From the NCBI GenBank assembly GCA_043739185.1, contig JAYUEN010000267.1:1-40874 (forward strand): a stretch of 40,874 nucleotides of DNA. The letters are read 5' to 3'. Positions 11,101 through 19,713 of this stretch are shown here, one piece after another. Under the pieces are notes generated by a model. It was not told the origin of the DNA, searched no databases, and saw nothing but the letters and a program-made list of their open reading frames with translations. Source of the stretch: Bdellovibrionales bacterium (lineage in GTDB: Bacteria; Bdellovibrionota; Bdellovibrionia; Bdellovibrionales; JAMPXM01). Made by a program: the position numbers and the translations under genes. Positions within the stretch are counted from its first letter, which is position 1, and each line of letters begins with the position of its first letter.

Positions 11101-11783
11101 AGATCCTCAACTTCATTTTTCACATTGCGATAGCGCTCAGCTTTTTGAGCTTGTCTTTGAAGACTATCAATCTGGCGTTTCAACTCAGCTACGATATCAT
11201 GTAAGCGCAAGAGATTTTGTTCAGTCGAAATTAATTTTCTTTGCGATTCACGTTTTCGAACTTTGAATTTTGTAATGCCGGCGGCTTCTTCAATGAGGAC
11301 TCTGCGCTCTTCAGGCTTAGCCGTGATAATACGGCCGATAGCACCTTGCTCGATAATACTAAAGCCTTTGGAGCCGGCTCCGGTATCCATGAAAATTTCT
11401 TGAACATCTTTAAGTCGAGCGGTTTCTTTATTGATGAGATATTCGGATTCTCCACCGCGATGCAAACGCCTGGTCACCATGATCTCTGAATTTTTCATAT
11501 ACTGAACCGGAAAGGGGCCGCCGTCATTTTCAAGAGTTAATGAAACTTCGGCCATTCCCATGGGAGCATAACCTTCGGCGCCTGCGAAAATGACGTCTTC
11601 CATACTCGAGCCGCGTAAATGCTTAGCACTCATTTCGCCCATGACCCAAACGAGGGCATCGACGATATTGGACTTTCCACAACCGTTAGGTCCTACGACA
11701 CCAGTAATACCGGCATCAAATTGAATGACAGTGCGATCTTTAAAAGATTTAAAGCCAACGAGTTCGAGTTTTTTAATTCTCAA
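8196..11783 (-). CDS. smc: Chromosome segregation protein SMC
   Basis: GFKSF, GPNGCGKSN Walker A, long coiled coils with hinge, LSGGEK signature, LDEVDAPLD Walker B. Confidence 0.98.
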   Translation of the reverse strand: MRIKKLELVGFKSFKDRTVIQFDAGITGVVGPNGCGKSNIVDALVWVMGEMSAKHLRGSSMEDVIFAGAEGYAPMGMAEVSLTLENDGGPFPVQYMKNSEIMVTRRLHRGGESEYLINKETARLKDVQEIFMDTGAGSKGFSIIEQGAIGRIITAKPEERRVLIEEAAGITKFKVRKRESQRKLISTEQNLLRLHDIVAELKRQIDSLQRQAQKAERYRNVKNEVEDLDLWVSSRHYLDLNIKIKEFEAKLLEAESGEAQATAELSSLEADLEMKRSEVLQAERLVTDLQTQQFEKRTYSQKQESKIQELKFEIEQARRNKEMTGSILQENITRQELFKADLERISENLKLVRGQVETLQADYLIKKETFETAQMRGLEVDEELTTQRRELMTVSQGEAHISAKISATREALSVFEDRTTDARSVQQELLEKKSEFETRRTKVFTSLEKERQMQLDLAQDADSILQNRQVLQKQISEKRSEVDEFKDSLNSVASRLYGLENLALNFEGFQEGVKQIMFWQKQKLESLPEGQRENAQDFRPMAEVVEVPGEYELAMEAALGPRLQMLLSQNSNSALDAVHFLKEKKAGRSSFMAADFSGQLLETSEVPPKKLLKEVVRAHENFRPMVEKLLDRVAIVDSLTEAIETRNQFPLWTFVTTDGDLLSPDGVLTGGTSESADSGVLKRRREIKELTQKKDEWGGKLALSQVALKKSEERLDTLNSEYENAQKLKVEKEILLAEIKKDLERAEQELTNVNTAITRQEKEVMQLDSQMQTKQSEVLDLDSRLVTLKERREGLELSTQELDVEHLSLQNTLGPMQIQVTDMQVRLATQTQECEGLEKQNAILSKSLSEVESLLSRMSEESSKSTESMSFHQLELEEKKIEFENLVREIEEVERNLGQAKNNFEEISQLSRGFEKSLTGLQHNRNGLQTEVSSLKLNLEQNRMKENYLCDQIRERYVLELSQTAERYAERTGDLEAAEKQIHELKEKLSRMGDVNLSAIQEYDDVAKRYEFLSKQESDLIEAKELLKKVIDKINRICSKRFKETFEQVNERFTKVFPVLFGGGEARLILIEDVEKGEMGIDIEAKPPGKKLQNVSLLSGGEKALTAVSLIFSIFLVKPSPYCLLDEVDAPLDDANVSRFNDLVREMSKRSQIIVVTHNKYTMEVAKKLFGVTMEEKGVSKMVSVNLDQAQVVVS

Positions 11784-11855
11784 TTTTGATTCCCCTCTGC
11801 ATTAAGTTCGTCGAGTTAATCGACATTAGCATCGTCAATATTTGCGGCTTCAATA

Positions 11856-14546
11856 TCAGTGCGCTGATTTCTTTTGTAAGATGGCAGCTTGTGCGGCCGC
11901 CAATCTCGCAATCGGAACACGATATGGACTGCAACTCACATAGTCTAAACCGGCACTCTGAAAGAAATGTATACTCTCAGGATCACCGCCATGCTCGCCG
12001 CAGACACCGATTTTTAAGTCTTGTCGAGTCTTACGCCCAAGGTCAACACCCAATTTCACAAGTTTTCCGACCCCTGATTGATCGATACTTACAAAGGGAT
12101 CGTGAGCGAAGATGCCCTCTTCTACGTAAGTACCTAGAAATCTTCCGGCATCGTCTCGTGAAAGCCCTAGTGTGGTTTGCGTCAAATCATTGGTTCCAAA
12201 GCTAAAAAAATCAGCGGCGCCTGCTATTTCATCAGCTACCAGAGCGGCTCTCGGCAGCTCAATCATTGTTCCTACGGTATAAGTAAATTTCAAATTGCTT
12301 TCTTTTTGTACACGCTCAACTTCTTCAACTGTAAGCTTGCGCAAAATATCGAGCTCTCTGCGAGTTGCAATGAGCGGGATCATGATTTCAGGAGACAGCT
12401 GCATACCCTCTTTGATTAAGTCGACAGCGGCCAGCGCAATGGCTCGCACTTGCATACGATAAATCTCGGGAAAGGTAATGGCCAAGCGGCAGCCCCGGTG
12501 TCCCAACATCGGATTGAATTCATGAAGTGATTTAATCTTGAGTCGCAATTTTTCAAAATCAACTTCAAGGCGAAGCGCAAGATCTTTTATTTCTGGATCG
12601 CTTTGCGGGACAAATTCGTGGAGTGGTGGATCAAGCAAGCGAATCGTGACCGGATAACCCTTCATGGTTTTAAAAAGCTGGTAAAAATCTGAGCGCTGCA
12701 TGGGCAATAGTTTTTCAAGCGCACGTTCGCGTTCAAATTTATTTTCGGCGATGATCATTTCTCTCACCGAATCGATACGGTCAGCTCCGAAAAACATATG
12801 TTCTGTTCGGCAAAGTCCGATGCCTTCGGCCCCAAAGTTTCTCGATGTGGTCGCATCCTTTGGAGTATCGGCATTGGCGCGCACTTTTAATTTGCGAAAT
12901 TGATCGGCAAGAGCCATCAGGCGTTCAAAATCTCCACCGAGTTGCGGCTCTAATGTTTTAACTTCGCCTAAAAAGACTTCACCCGTTGAGCCGTCTAAAG
13001 TTATAAAGTCACCTTTTTTCAAAAGGTATCCGTTGGCGCGCATTTCTTCTTTGAGGTAATCAATCTGAACATCTCCACAGCCAGCGACACAACATTTTCC
13101 CATGCCTCTTGCCACTACGGCAGCGTGTGAAGTCATGCCTCCTCTCGAAGTCAAAATGCCTTGCGCCGCTACCATTCCGAGAATGTCCTCAGGAGAAGTT
13201 TCAATGCGCACGAGAATCGTTTTAAGTCCCTTTTCCTTCCAGTGAACGGCATCTTCAGAGGTGAAAACAATTGCGCCGTAAGCGCCGCCAGGCGATGCTG
13301 GCAATGCTTTGGCAAGTTTTGTACGTTTCGCTTTCGGATCAAGTGTTGGATGCAGGAGTTGATCAAGACTCTTGGGTTCGACTCGCATAACAGCTTCTTC
13401 AGTGGAAATTAATTTTTCATCTAGCATATCACAGGCAATTTTAAGGGCTGCGGCGGCGGTGCGTTTACCGGTGCGGGTTTGCAGCATCCAAAGTCGATTT
13501 TGTTCAATGGTAAATTCCATATCCTGCATATCGCGATAATGCTTTTCGAGTTTGAGATAGGTGTCGACCAGCTCCTGGTAGAGCTTTGGCATTTTCTCTT
13601 CAAGTGAAGCAAAACCTGATCCGAGCGCAGCTTCTCGTGAAATGGGCTGGGGCGTGCGAATGCCCGCAACCACATCTTCGCCTTGTGCATTGATTAGGTA
13701 CTCGCCATAAAATTTATTTTCACCGGTCGAAGGATTACGGGTAAATGCAACACCTGTCGCCGAATCGTCGCCCATATTGCCGAACACCATCGATTGAACA
13801 TTCACCGCTGTTCCCCAAGAACTTGGGATATCATGCATTTGACGATAAACAATTGCCCGATGGGTATTCCATGATTGAAAAACTGCGGAGATCGCTCCCC
13901 ACAACTGCTCAATCGGATCATTGGGAAACTTTCGCCCGGTGCTTTCAAAGATGAGCTTTTTATATTTGCTCACCAACAATTTCAAATCATCTGTCTGAAG
14001 ATCCGTATCGTTTTTATAGTTCTTTTCACTTTTAAGATCCTCCATCATAACGTTTAAAAGTGAGTGATTCATTCCCATTACAACATCTGAATACATTTGC
14101 ACAAAACGGCGATAGGAATCCCAGGCAAATCTTGGGTTACCAGAATTCTTGGCGAGGCCTTCAACCGTATCGTCATTCAAGCCGAGATTCAAAATGGTAT
14201 CCATCATTCCTGGCATCGAAGCTCGGGCGCCCGATCGCACGCTCACCAGCAGTGGATTGGTTTTATCGCCAAACTTTTTACCAATAATTTTTTCAACTTT
14301 TTGAAGTGCTAAAAGTGAATTTTCTTTTACCGCCTCGGGGAGTTTTTCACCAGCCTCGTAAAAGGCCTGGCAAACATGGGTTGCAATTGTAAATCCTGGT
14401 GGAACAGAAATTCCGAGCGAAGTCATTTCTGCCAGATTGGCCCCTTTGCCGCCCAAAACATCTTTCATTTGGGCATTTCCCTCGGTCTGTCCGCTTGCGA
14501 AAAAGTAAACCAATTTACCATCGTTAGCCAAATTAGAATTCTTCAT
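11856..14546 (-). CDS. ppdK: Pyruvate, phosphate dikinase
   Basis: LGGKGANLAEM, SVRSGARASMPGMMDT, GGMTSHAAVVAR phospho-His, CGEHGG; ATG 14546 after GGGGGG. Confidence 0.97.
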   Translation of the reverse strand: MKNSNLANDGKLVYFFASGQTEGNAQMKDVLGGKGANLAEMTSLGISVPPGFTIATHVCQAFYEAGEKLPEAVKENSLLALQKVEKIIGKKFGDKTNPLLVSVRSGARASMPGMMDTILNLGLNDDTVEGLAKNSGNPRFAWDSYRRFVQMYSDVVMGMNHSLLNVMMEDLKSEKNYKNDTDLQTDDLKLLVSKYKKLIFESTGRKFPNDPIEQLWGAISAVFQSWNTHRAIVYRQMHDIPSSWGTAVNVQSMVFGNMGDDSATGVAFTRNPSTGENKFYGEYLINAQGEDVVAGIRTPQPISREAALGSGFASLEEKMPKLYQELVDTYLKLEKHYRDMQDMEFTIEQNRLWMLQTRTGKRTAAAALKIACDMLDEKLISTEEAVMRVEPKSLDQLLHPTLDPKAKRTKLAKALPASPGGAYGAIVFTSEDAVHWKEKGLKTILVRIETSPEDILGMVAAQGILTSRGGMTSHAAVVARGMGKCCVAGCGDVQIDYLKEEMRANGYLLKKGDFITLDGSTGEVFLGEVKTLEPQLGGDFERLMALADQFRKLKVRANADTPKDATTSRNFGAEGIGLCRTEHMFFGADRIDSVREMIIAENKFERERALEKLLPMQRSDFYQLFKTMKGYPVTIRLLDPPLHEFVPQSDPEIKDLALRLEVDFEKLRLKIKSLHEFNPMLGHRGCRLAITFPEIYRMQVRAIALAAVDLIKEGMQLSPEIMIPLIATRRELDILRKLTVEEVERVQKESNLKFTYTVGTMIELPRAALVADEIAGAADFFSFGTNDLTQTTLGLSRDDAGRFLGTYVEEGIFAHDPFVSIDQSGVGKLVKLGVDLGRKTRQDLKIGVCGEHGGDPESIHFFQSAGLDYVSCSPYRVPIARLAAAQAAILQKKSAH

Positions 14547-14584
14547 TTTGCCCCCCAAAGCTTCATTGATTTGCAAACCTAATA

Positions 14585-15982
14585 TTAAAAGTTTATCGCC
14601 CGTTCTTTAATTTGCATGCGAACATAATTTTCAACTTGATCAAGTGATATTCGCTCTTGCTTCATACTATCACGCTCACGGATGGTTACCTTTTGATCGG
14701 AATTTGAGTCAAAATCATAGGTAATACAAAAGGGTGTGCCAATCTCATCTTGTCTGCGATAGCGCTTTCCAATACTTGCCGTGTCATCATATTGAACTGC
14801 AAATTCACGCGCCAATGAGTCGCGTAGTTTCATCGCGGGCTCAATGAGTTCGGCTTTTTTCGAAAGTGGCAAAACAGCGGCCTTGATCGGCGCAATTTCT
14901 GGATGAAAACCCAAGACCACGCGGGTATCGGCGCGCTTGGTTTCTTCATCAAACGAATTCTCTTCTCGATAAGCATCGCAAAGTGCGGCTAAAATGAGTC
15001 GATCGCAACCAACTGCGGTTTCGATAACGAATGGCAGGTACTTTTCTTTTGCCGCCTCATCAAAATATTCTAATTTCTTGCCAGAAAATTTTTGATGCTG
15101 ACTCAAATCAAAATCGCCGCGATTGTGAATTCCTTCAAGCTCTTGCCAGCCAAAAGGAAATTCATATTGAACGTCGACAGCGGCGCGCGCATAGTGCGCA
15201 AGCTCATCTGGTCCGTGAGGTTTGAATCTCAATTTGGCTGGTTTGAGCCCGAGTTTGAGATAAAAATTCCAGCGGATTTCCTTCCACTTTTCAAAAAAGC
15301 CGGCATCGGTACCGGGTTTAACGAAATACTGCATCTCCATTTGTTCGAATTCACGAGTTCGGAAAGTGAAATTGCCGGGCGTGATTTCATTGCGAAAAGA
15401 TTTGCCGATTTGTGCAATCCCGAATGGAACTTTCTTTCTCGATGTGGTTTGCACATTTTCAAAATTTACAAAAATACCTTGAGCGGTTTCGGGCCGCAAA
15501 TAAACTACCGCACTTGCATCTTCAACCGGACCCATAAAGGTTTTGAACATTAAGTTGAAATTGCGAGGCTCAGTGAGATGAGCCCCCTTGCAATTCGGCT
15601 TTTCTTTGCACGAAGCTTCAAGCGCTTGTGGCAATTGGTCAGCCCGAAATCTTTGCTTACATTTTTTGCAATCAACCAATGGGTCACTGAAACCGTCGAC
15701 GTGGCCAGAAGCCTTCCAAACCATCGGAGCCATCAAGATCGCAGCATCGATTCCGACCACATCGTCTCTTCTGGTCATTGCATTCCACCAGGCCTGCTTT
15801 ACATTCATTTTTAAATTTGATCCCAGCGGACCATAATCCCAACACGAACCCAGACCACCGTAAATTTCGCTGCTCGGATAGACAAAACCACGACGTTTAC
15901 AGAGCGAAACCATCGTCGCGAGATCGGCCAAAGTTTTATCTGGAATTGAATTTGCGGGCTGACTGTTTTCAGAATTTGACAT
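14585..15982 (-). CDS. glyQS: Glycine--tRNA ligase, alpha2 homodimeric type
   Basis: [42 protein letters not shown] anticodon domain. Confidence 0.97.
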   Translation of the reverse strand: MSNSENSQPANSIPDKTLADLATMVSLCKRRGFVYPSSEIYGGLGSCWDYGPLGSNLKMNVKQAWWNAMTRRDDVVGIDAAILMAPMVWKASGHVDGFSDPLVDCKKCKQRFRADQLPQALEASCKEKPNCKGAHLTEPRNFNLMFKTFMGPVEDASAVVYLRPETAQGIFVNFENVQTTSRKKVPFGIAQIGKSFRNEITPGNFTFRTREFEQMEMQYFVKPGTDAGFFEKWKEIRWNFYLKLGLKPAKLRFKPHGPDELAHYARAAVDVQYEFPFGWQELEGIHNRGDFDLSQHQKFSGKKLEYFDEAAKEKYLPFVIETAVGCDRLILAALCDAYREENSFDEETKRADTRVVLGFHPEIAPIKAAVLPLSKKAELIEPAMKLRDSLAREFAVQYDDTASIGKRYRRQDEIGTPFCITYDFDSNSDQKVTIRERDSMKQERISLDQVENYVRMQIKERAINF

Positions 15983-16144
15983 GATGATTACTCCTGGGCC
16001 GAATTTTCAAAAAAACTACTAGCCTTTTGGGTAGCATTTTGATCTTTCTTTAGTCAAGAAATCCGGACTTGTCCAAGCGCATTGCCAGGCTGAAAATAGA
16101 TTGATGGACGCCACGGGAGCGTTGAGGAAGACAAGGATGGACTT

Positions 16145-16498
16145 TTGAAATTTGGCCTGCAGAATTCGTATTTGAAGCTCTTATTTGTGGCCCTGCTGCT
16201 TTTCATTGCAGAAGGGAGGCTTGAGGCACTTCCTGAAGCGGATTCGGACCTCATTGTCCGCGAACAAATGCTTCAAATTAGCAAAGAGCTCGGTGTGACT
16301 TGCACCTTTTGTCACAATTCTGAAAACTTTAAGGATGCGAAAAACAAAAACTACAATATTGCCCGCGATCACTTTCGAGTATTGCGTATGCTCAATTCGG
16401 AACAGGGCCTCAACGATAAACCCAAAGTCAGTTGTTATGTTTGTCATCAAGGCAAAGCAAAATTCACTTTTGCCTTGAAAAGCAAATCCGAAAAATAA
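16145..16498 (+). CDS. Exported dihaem cytochrome c (reaction-centre cytochrome-like repeat)
   Basis: Signal-peptide-like N-terminus, AAGGA RBS before TTG, M..ISKELGVTCTFCH and VSCYVCHQG haem motifs. Confidence 0.78.
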   Translation: MKFGLQNSYLKLLFVALLLFIAEGRLEALPEADSDLIVREQMLQISKELGVTCTFCHNSENFKDAKNKNYNIARDHFRVLRMLNSEQGLNDKPKVSCYVCHQGKAKFTFALKSKSEK

Positions 16499-16537
16499 TT
16501 TGGAAGTGGCGCTTGAAGTCGGGCCTGATTTTACAAT

Positions 16538-16939
16538 TCAATCATTTTGTCTTTGAATGCGAATGGCCTCTAAGGCCGAAAGCATAAAAACCTTACTCTC
16601 CTCATCCATTGATTTTGTTAACTTTTCGAAAGCTAAAAAAGAGTTCTCGAAACTGCTGCCTGCAGGCACGCCTAATACTTCATAGGCATCCCATGAATGG
16701 CCATTATAATTGAACATGACGTTGAGTGATTTGGGAGCGTCGGGGCGCTTCAATCTTGGGTCATTTTCATCTAGCACAATGCGCTTCACTACGACTTCTT
16801 TATTCTTATAACTATCAGCCGATGGCCTTAAGCGCATCGATCTTTTTCCCGACGATCGGCGCATTCTTAAAAAGCTCACGACAAGAAGAGTGACAACGAT
16901 CGCGTTTAGAACTATAAAATGTCGCGACACAAAATCCAT
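16538..16939 (-). CDS. Membrane-anchored hypothetical protein with J-domain-like C-terminus
   Basis: N-terminal TM; DAYEVLGVPAGSS resembles DnaJ helix I, no HPD motif. Confidence 0.6.
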   Translation of the reverse strand: MDFVSRHFIVLNAIVVTLLVVSFLRMRRSSGKRSMRLRPSADSYKNKEVVVKRIVLDENDPRLKRPDAPKSLNVMFNYNGHSWDAYEVLGVPAGSSFENSFLAFEKLTKSMDEESKVFMLSALEAIRIQRQND

Positions 16940-16992
16940 ATTACTATTATTTTGTTTTCACTAGAACTTTGCAAGAAATGAGATGCTTTAAA

Positions 16993-17781
16993 ATGCAAAA
17001 TCCCTTCGATCAACAAAAACCCATCGCTGGAGTTAAAAAAATCATAGCCATTAGTTCAGGTAAAGGTGGCGTGGGAAAGAGTACTGTCTCTGCAAACTTG
17101 GCTTCTAGTCTGGCAAAACTTGGGAAAAAAGTCGGGCTTTTGGATTGCGATATCTATGGACCTAGCATTCCAAGAATGTATGGAGTTTTGAATCAGAAAC
17201 CCGAAGTTGGTCAGGATCAAAAAATTTTTCCGATCAAACGTCACGACGTTAGCCTCATGAGCATCGGCTTGCTAGTCGATGATGAGCTCGCAGTTGTGTG
17301 GCGTGGCCCCATGCTCTTCAAAGCAGTCGATCAATTTTTATTTGGAGTGAATTGGGGTGAGCTTGATTATTTGTTAGTTGATTTGCCACCCGGAACCGGT
17401 GACGTTCAATTGTCCCTTGCACAAAAGGTTCCGCTCCTTGGTGCAATTGCGATTTCAACTCCTCAGGATATTGCGTTAAGCGATGTGAAAAAAGCCATCG
17501 ATATGTGGGCTCGAGTGCATGTTCCAATTCTGGGCGTGGTTGAAAATATGTCTTATTTAATGGTTAAAGATTCAAACGGAACTGAAACCAAACATCAGCT
17601 CTTTCCAAAAGGCTCTTTGGATCAGTTTCTGGCCGAAAAAGGGATTCCAAAATTGGCTGAGATTCCATTTTATCAGAATGTCGCAAAATCTTCTGAGCTC
17701 GGCATTCCGGCAGCGAACTCAAAAGAAGGTCCAGAGTCTCAATGCTTTTTAGAGCTCGCCAAAAAAGTGTGCGAACTTTAG
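16993..17781 (+). CDS. mrp: Mrp/ApbC/NBP35-family P-loop ATPase
   Basis: SGKGGVGKST, DCDIYGPS, VVWRGPM, DLPPGTGD, STPQDIA, GVVENMS; ATG 16993. Confidence 0.93.
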   Translation: MQNPFDQQKPIAGVKKIIAISSGKGGVGKSTVSANLASSLAKLGKKVGLLDCDIYGPSIPRMYGVLNQKPEVGQDQKIFPIKRHDVSLMSIGLLVDDELAVVWRGPMLFKAVDQFLFGVNWGELDYLLVDLPPGTGDVQLSLAQKVPLLGAIAISTPQDIALSDVKKAIDMWARVHVPILGVVENMSYLMVKDSNGTETKHQLFPKGSLDQFLAEKGIPKLAEIPFYQNVAKSSELGIPAANSKEGPESQCFLELAKKVCEL

Positions 17782-17866
17782 AGCTCGTCTTAAAATTAAC
17801 TTTGGATGCCACACTTTCCGATGAGGATTGAACGATGAATCTGGCAAGCATCAAAGTCAGAATTTC

Positions 17867-17899
17867 TTGACATCGTTAAGTTCATTGCAGTCCAATGAA
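17867..17899 (+). promoter_or_regulatory. Putative sigma70 -35 (TTGACA) with inverted repeat TTCATTG-cagtc-CAATGAA over the -10 region
   Basis: TTGACA 17867-17872; 7-bp IR 17881-17899; TAGGAG RBS before ATG 17920. Confidence 0.45.
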
Positions 17900-17919
17900 A
17901 TCATCATAGGAGCTCACAA

Positions 17920-18189
17920 ATGAAAATTAAAAAACTCGCCTTCAGTGCCGCCGGAATAATTTTGGCCTCTGGCATTCTGACACCTGCTCATGCAGGAGAT
18001 GAAAAAAAACAAGTTCAGTGTATGGGCACTGCCTTAAAAGCTAAAAACGACTGCGCCGGAAACGGCCATGACTGTGCTGGCTTGGCAAAAAAAGACCGCG
18101 ACCCTAAAGAGTGGAAGTTTGCCGCTTCAAAACTAGAATGTGAAAAGGCCGGAGGACAGCTCCTTGAGGACACGCCCAAGAAAAAATAA
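17920..18189 (+). CDS. Bufferin-type (DUF2282/BufA1-like) secreted RiPP precursor
   Basis: Sec signal ending AHA; QCMG..KAKNDCA..GHDCAG..W..CEKAGG four-Cys pattern; directly upstream of DUF692. Confidence 0.85.
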   Translation: MKIKKLAFSAAGIILASGILTPAHAGDEKKQVQCMGTALKAKNDCAGNGHDCAGLAKKDRDPKEWKFAASKLECEKAGGQLLEDTPKKK

Positions 18190-19030
18190 TCACTCTGAAC
18201 TTGGCGCAAGTATCGGCTTAAGACCCGCTCTGAGCCAGCCTTTGCAGACGCTCAATTTGAAATGGGTCGAAGTCATAAGCGACGATTACATAGGAATTGA
18301 TCGCCGCAATTGGCTTGATTTAGAAAAGCATCGTGAAAAATCTGAAATTGTCTTTCACGGCGTCGGGCTTGATATCGGCGGGACTGATCCTCTTGATTTA
18401 AATTATCTCGCCTCACTTAAAAGTCTATTTGCTCATTTTGAACCTTCTTGGGTTTCTGATCATATTTGTTGGACAAATGTACTTGGTCATCCATCTTTCG
18501 ATCTTTTGCCTCTGCCTTACAACCAAGAATGCCTAGAGCATCTGTGCGGCCGAATTCATTTTGCACAAGACTACTGTGCTCGCACTTGGACATTTGAAAA
18601 TCCCAGTCTTTACCTATTGCCAGAAAATTCTGATATGAGTGAAGGTGATTTTTTCAGTGAGCTCCAGCAAAAAACGGGCTGCAATTTTTTGCTGGATCTC
18701 AATAATATTCACGTCAGTTCTCACAATTTGAAACTCGATACACAAAAGATTTTAAAAGGCTGGCCATTTCATGCGGTCGTTCAATTTCATCTTGCGGGAG
18801 CATTAAAAGATCATGATTATTTAATTGATACTCATAACCAAATTGTTTCCGAACCCGTTTGGAAATTGTTTCGCGAGGTTTTAAAAATAACCGGCCCCAA
18901 GCCATGTCTTATTGAATGGGATCGTGATTTTCCGGAGTTTCAAGTTCTATTCAATCAATACTCAAAAGCCCAAGGGATTTTAGATGAATTTGCGCGCGTA
19001 CCAGACTCGATTTTACCAGCAGCTCCGTAG
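18164..19030 (+). CDS. Multinuclear non-heme iron oxidative enzyme (DUF692/MNIO, BufB-like)
   Basis: IGLR, HGVGL, VSDHICW, DLLPLPY, ENPS, LLDLNNIHV, HLAG, IDTH, IEWD; TTG 18164 has GGAGGA 7 nt upstream and overlaps the precursor gene. Confidence 0.92.
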   Translation: MRTRPRKNNHSELGASIGLRPALSQPLQTLNLKWVEVISDDYIGIDRRNWLDLEKHREKSEIVFHGVGLDIGGTDPLDLNYLASLKSLFAHFEPSWVSDHICWTNVLGHPSFDLLPLPYNQECLEHLCGRIHFAQDYCARTWTFENPSLYLLPENSDMSEGDFFSELQQKTGCNFLLDLNNIHVSSHNLKLDTQKILKGWPFHAVVQFHLAGALKDHDYLIDTHNQIVSEPVWKLFREVLKITGPKPCLIEWDRDFPEFQVLFNQYSKAQGILDEFARVPDSILPAAP

Positions 19031-19676
19031 TGGAAGCTGTCCGGTTCATTCGAACAATTATTTCTCAAAAATTTATGAGAGCTTGTCTGAAATCTTTTTG
19101 CTTAGTAAAAAGCTTTTGGGTGAACATGAATTCACCTCAATAGTTGAAGCCTTCAGTTTTGAATTTTCATTTCAATCTTCTAGCCGCTATTTCATCGGAG
19201 ATCATTTCCCGAAATGGCTTGAAGAAAACAGAAAGCTTAAGCCAGAAATACTCGATTTGCTGCGTTTTGAGCTGTGCTTACATCAAATTGCTCTACATGG
19301 TAAGAGCCTTGAAGTTGACCACAGACTCATCGAAAGCTGGCTCGAGGGCGCCCCTGAACTGAGCGCCTCTCTAAATCCTACTTGTGTTTTTTTTCACTCT
19401 CATTTTGATATCGATTCTATCTTAGGCTCTGGTCCAAATTTAAAAGCCAATTGCATTTATCTCTTAGGCCTTACTTCAAAATATGAAGTAGATCGCATAA
19501 AGCTTGATGCTCATGAGCATCTCTTTTTAACAACTCTTAAGGACACCAAATATCTCATTTGGATCGAAACCCTGCCCAAACACTGCGCACTCAATCAAGC
19601 TCAGAACTTGGCCAGTTTTCTCAGTAAAATTATTAGCCTAGGCTGGCTCCAAATTGAAAGCGCCAGCGAGAATTGA
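18984..19676 (+). CDS. MNIO partner protein (DUF2063/BufC-like), divergent
   Basis: LRAYQTRFYQQL, YFSKIYESLSEIF..SKKLLGEHEF, GDHFPKWL, DLLRFELCL pattern; position after DUF692. Confidence 0.72.
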   Translation: MNLRAYQTRFYQQLRSGSCPVHSNNYFSKIYESLSEIFLLSKKLLGEHEFTSIVEAFSFEFSFQSSSRYFIGDHFPKWLEENRKLKPEILDLLRFELCLHQIALHGKSLEVDHRLIESWLEGAPELSASLNPTCVFFHSHFDIDSILGSGPNLKANCIYLLGLTSKYEVDRIKLDAHEHLFLTTLKDTKYLIWIETLPKHCALNQAQNLASFLSKIISLGWLQIESASEN

Positions 19677-19713
19677 TTCAGCGAATTACGGAATGTTAGC
19701 TGGCACCTAGATC

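Noticed and set aside
8196..11783. SMC as a Wadjet/MksB defence ATPase
   Set aside because: Canonical SMC with hinge in housekeeping smc-ftsY context; no jetABD neighbours.
8161..15984. Many 60-150 aa antisense or alternative-frame ORFs inside smc, ppdK and glyQS (similarly within the bat and degP genes)
   Set aside because: Fully nested in well-conserved genes with no recognisable motifs.
18140..18163. GTG start for the DUF692 gene given in the ORF track
   Set aside because: TTG 18164 has a well-placed GGAGGA RBS and less overlap with the precursor gene.
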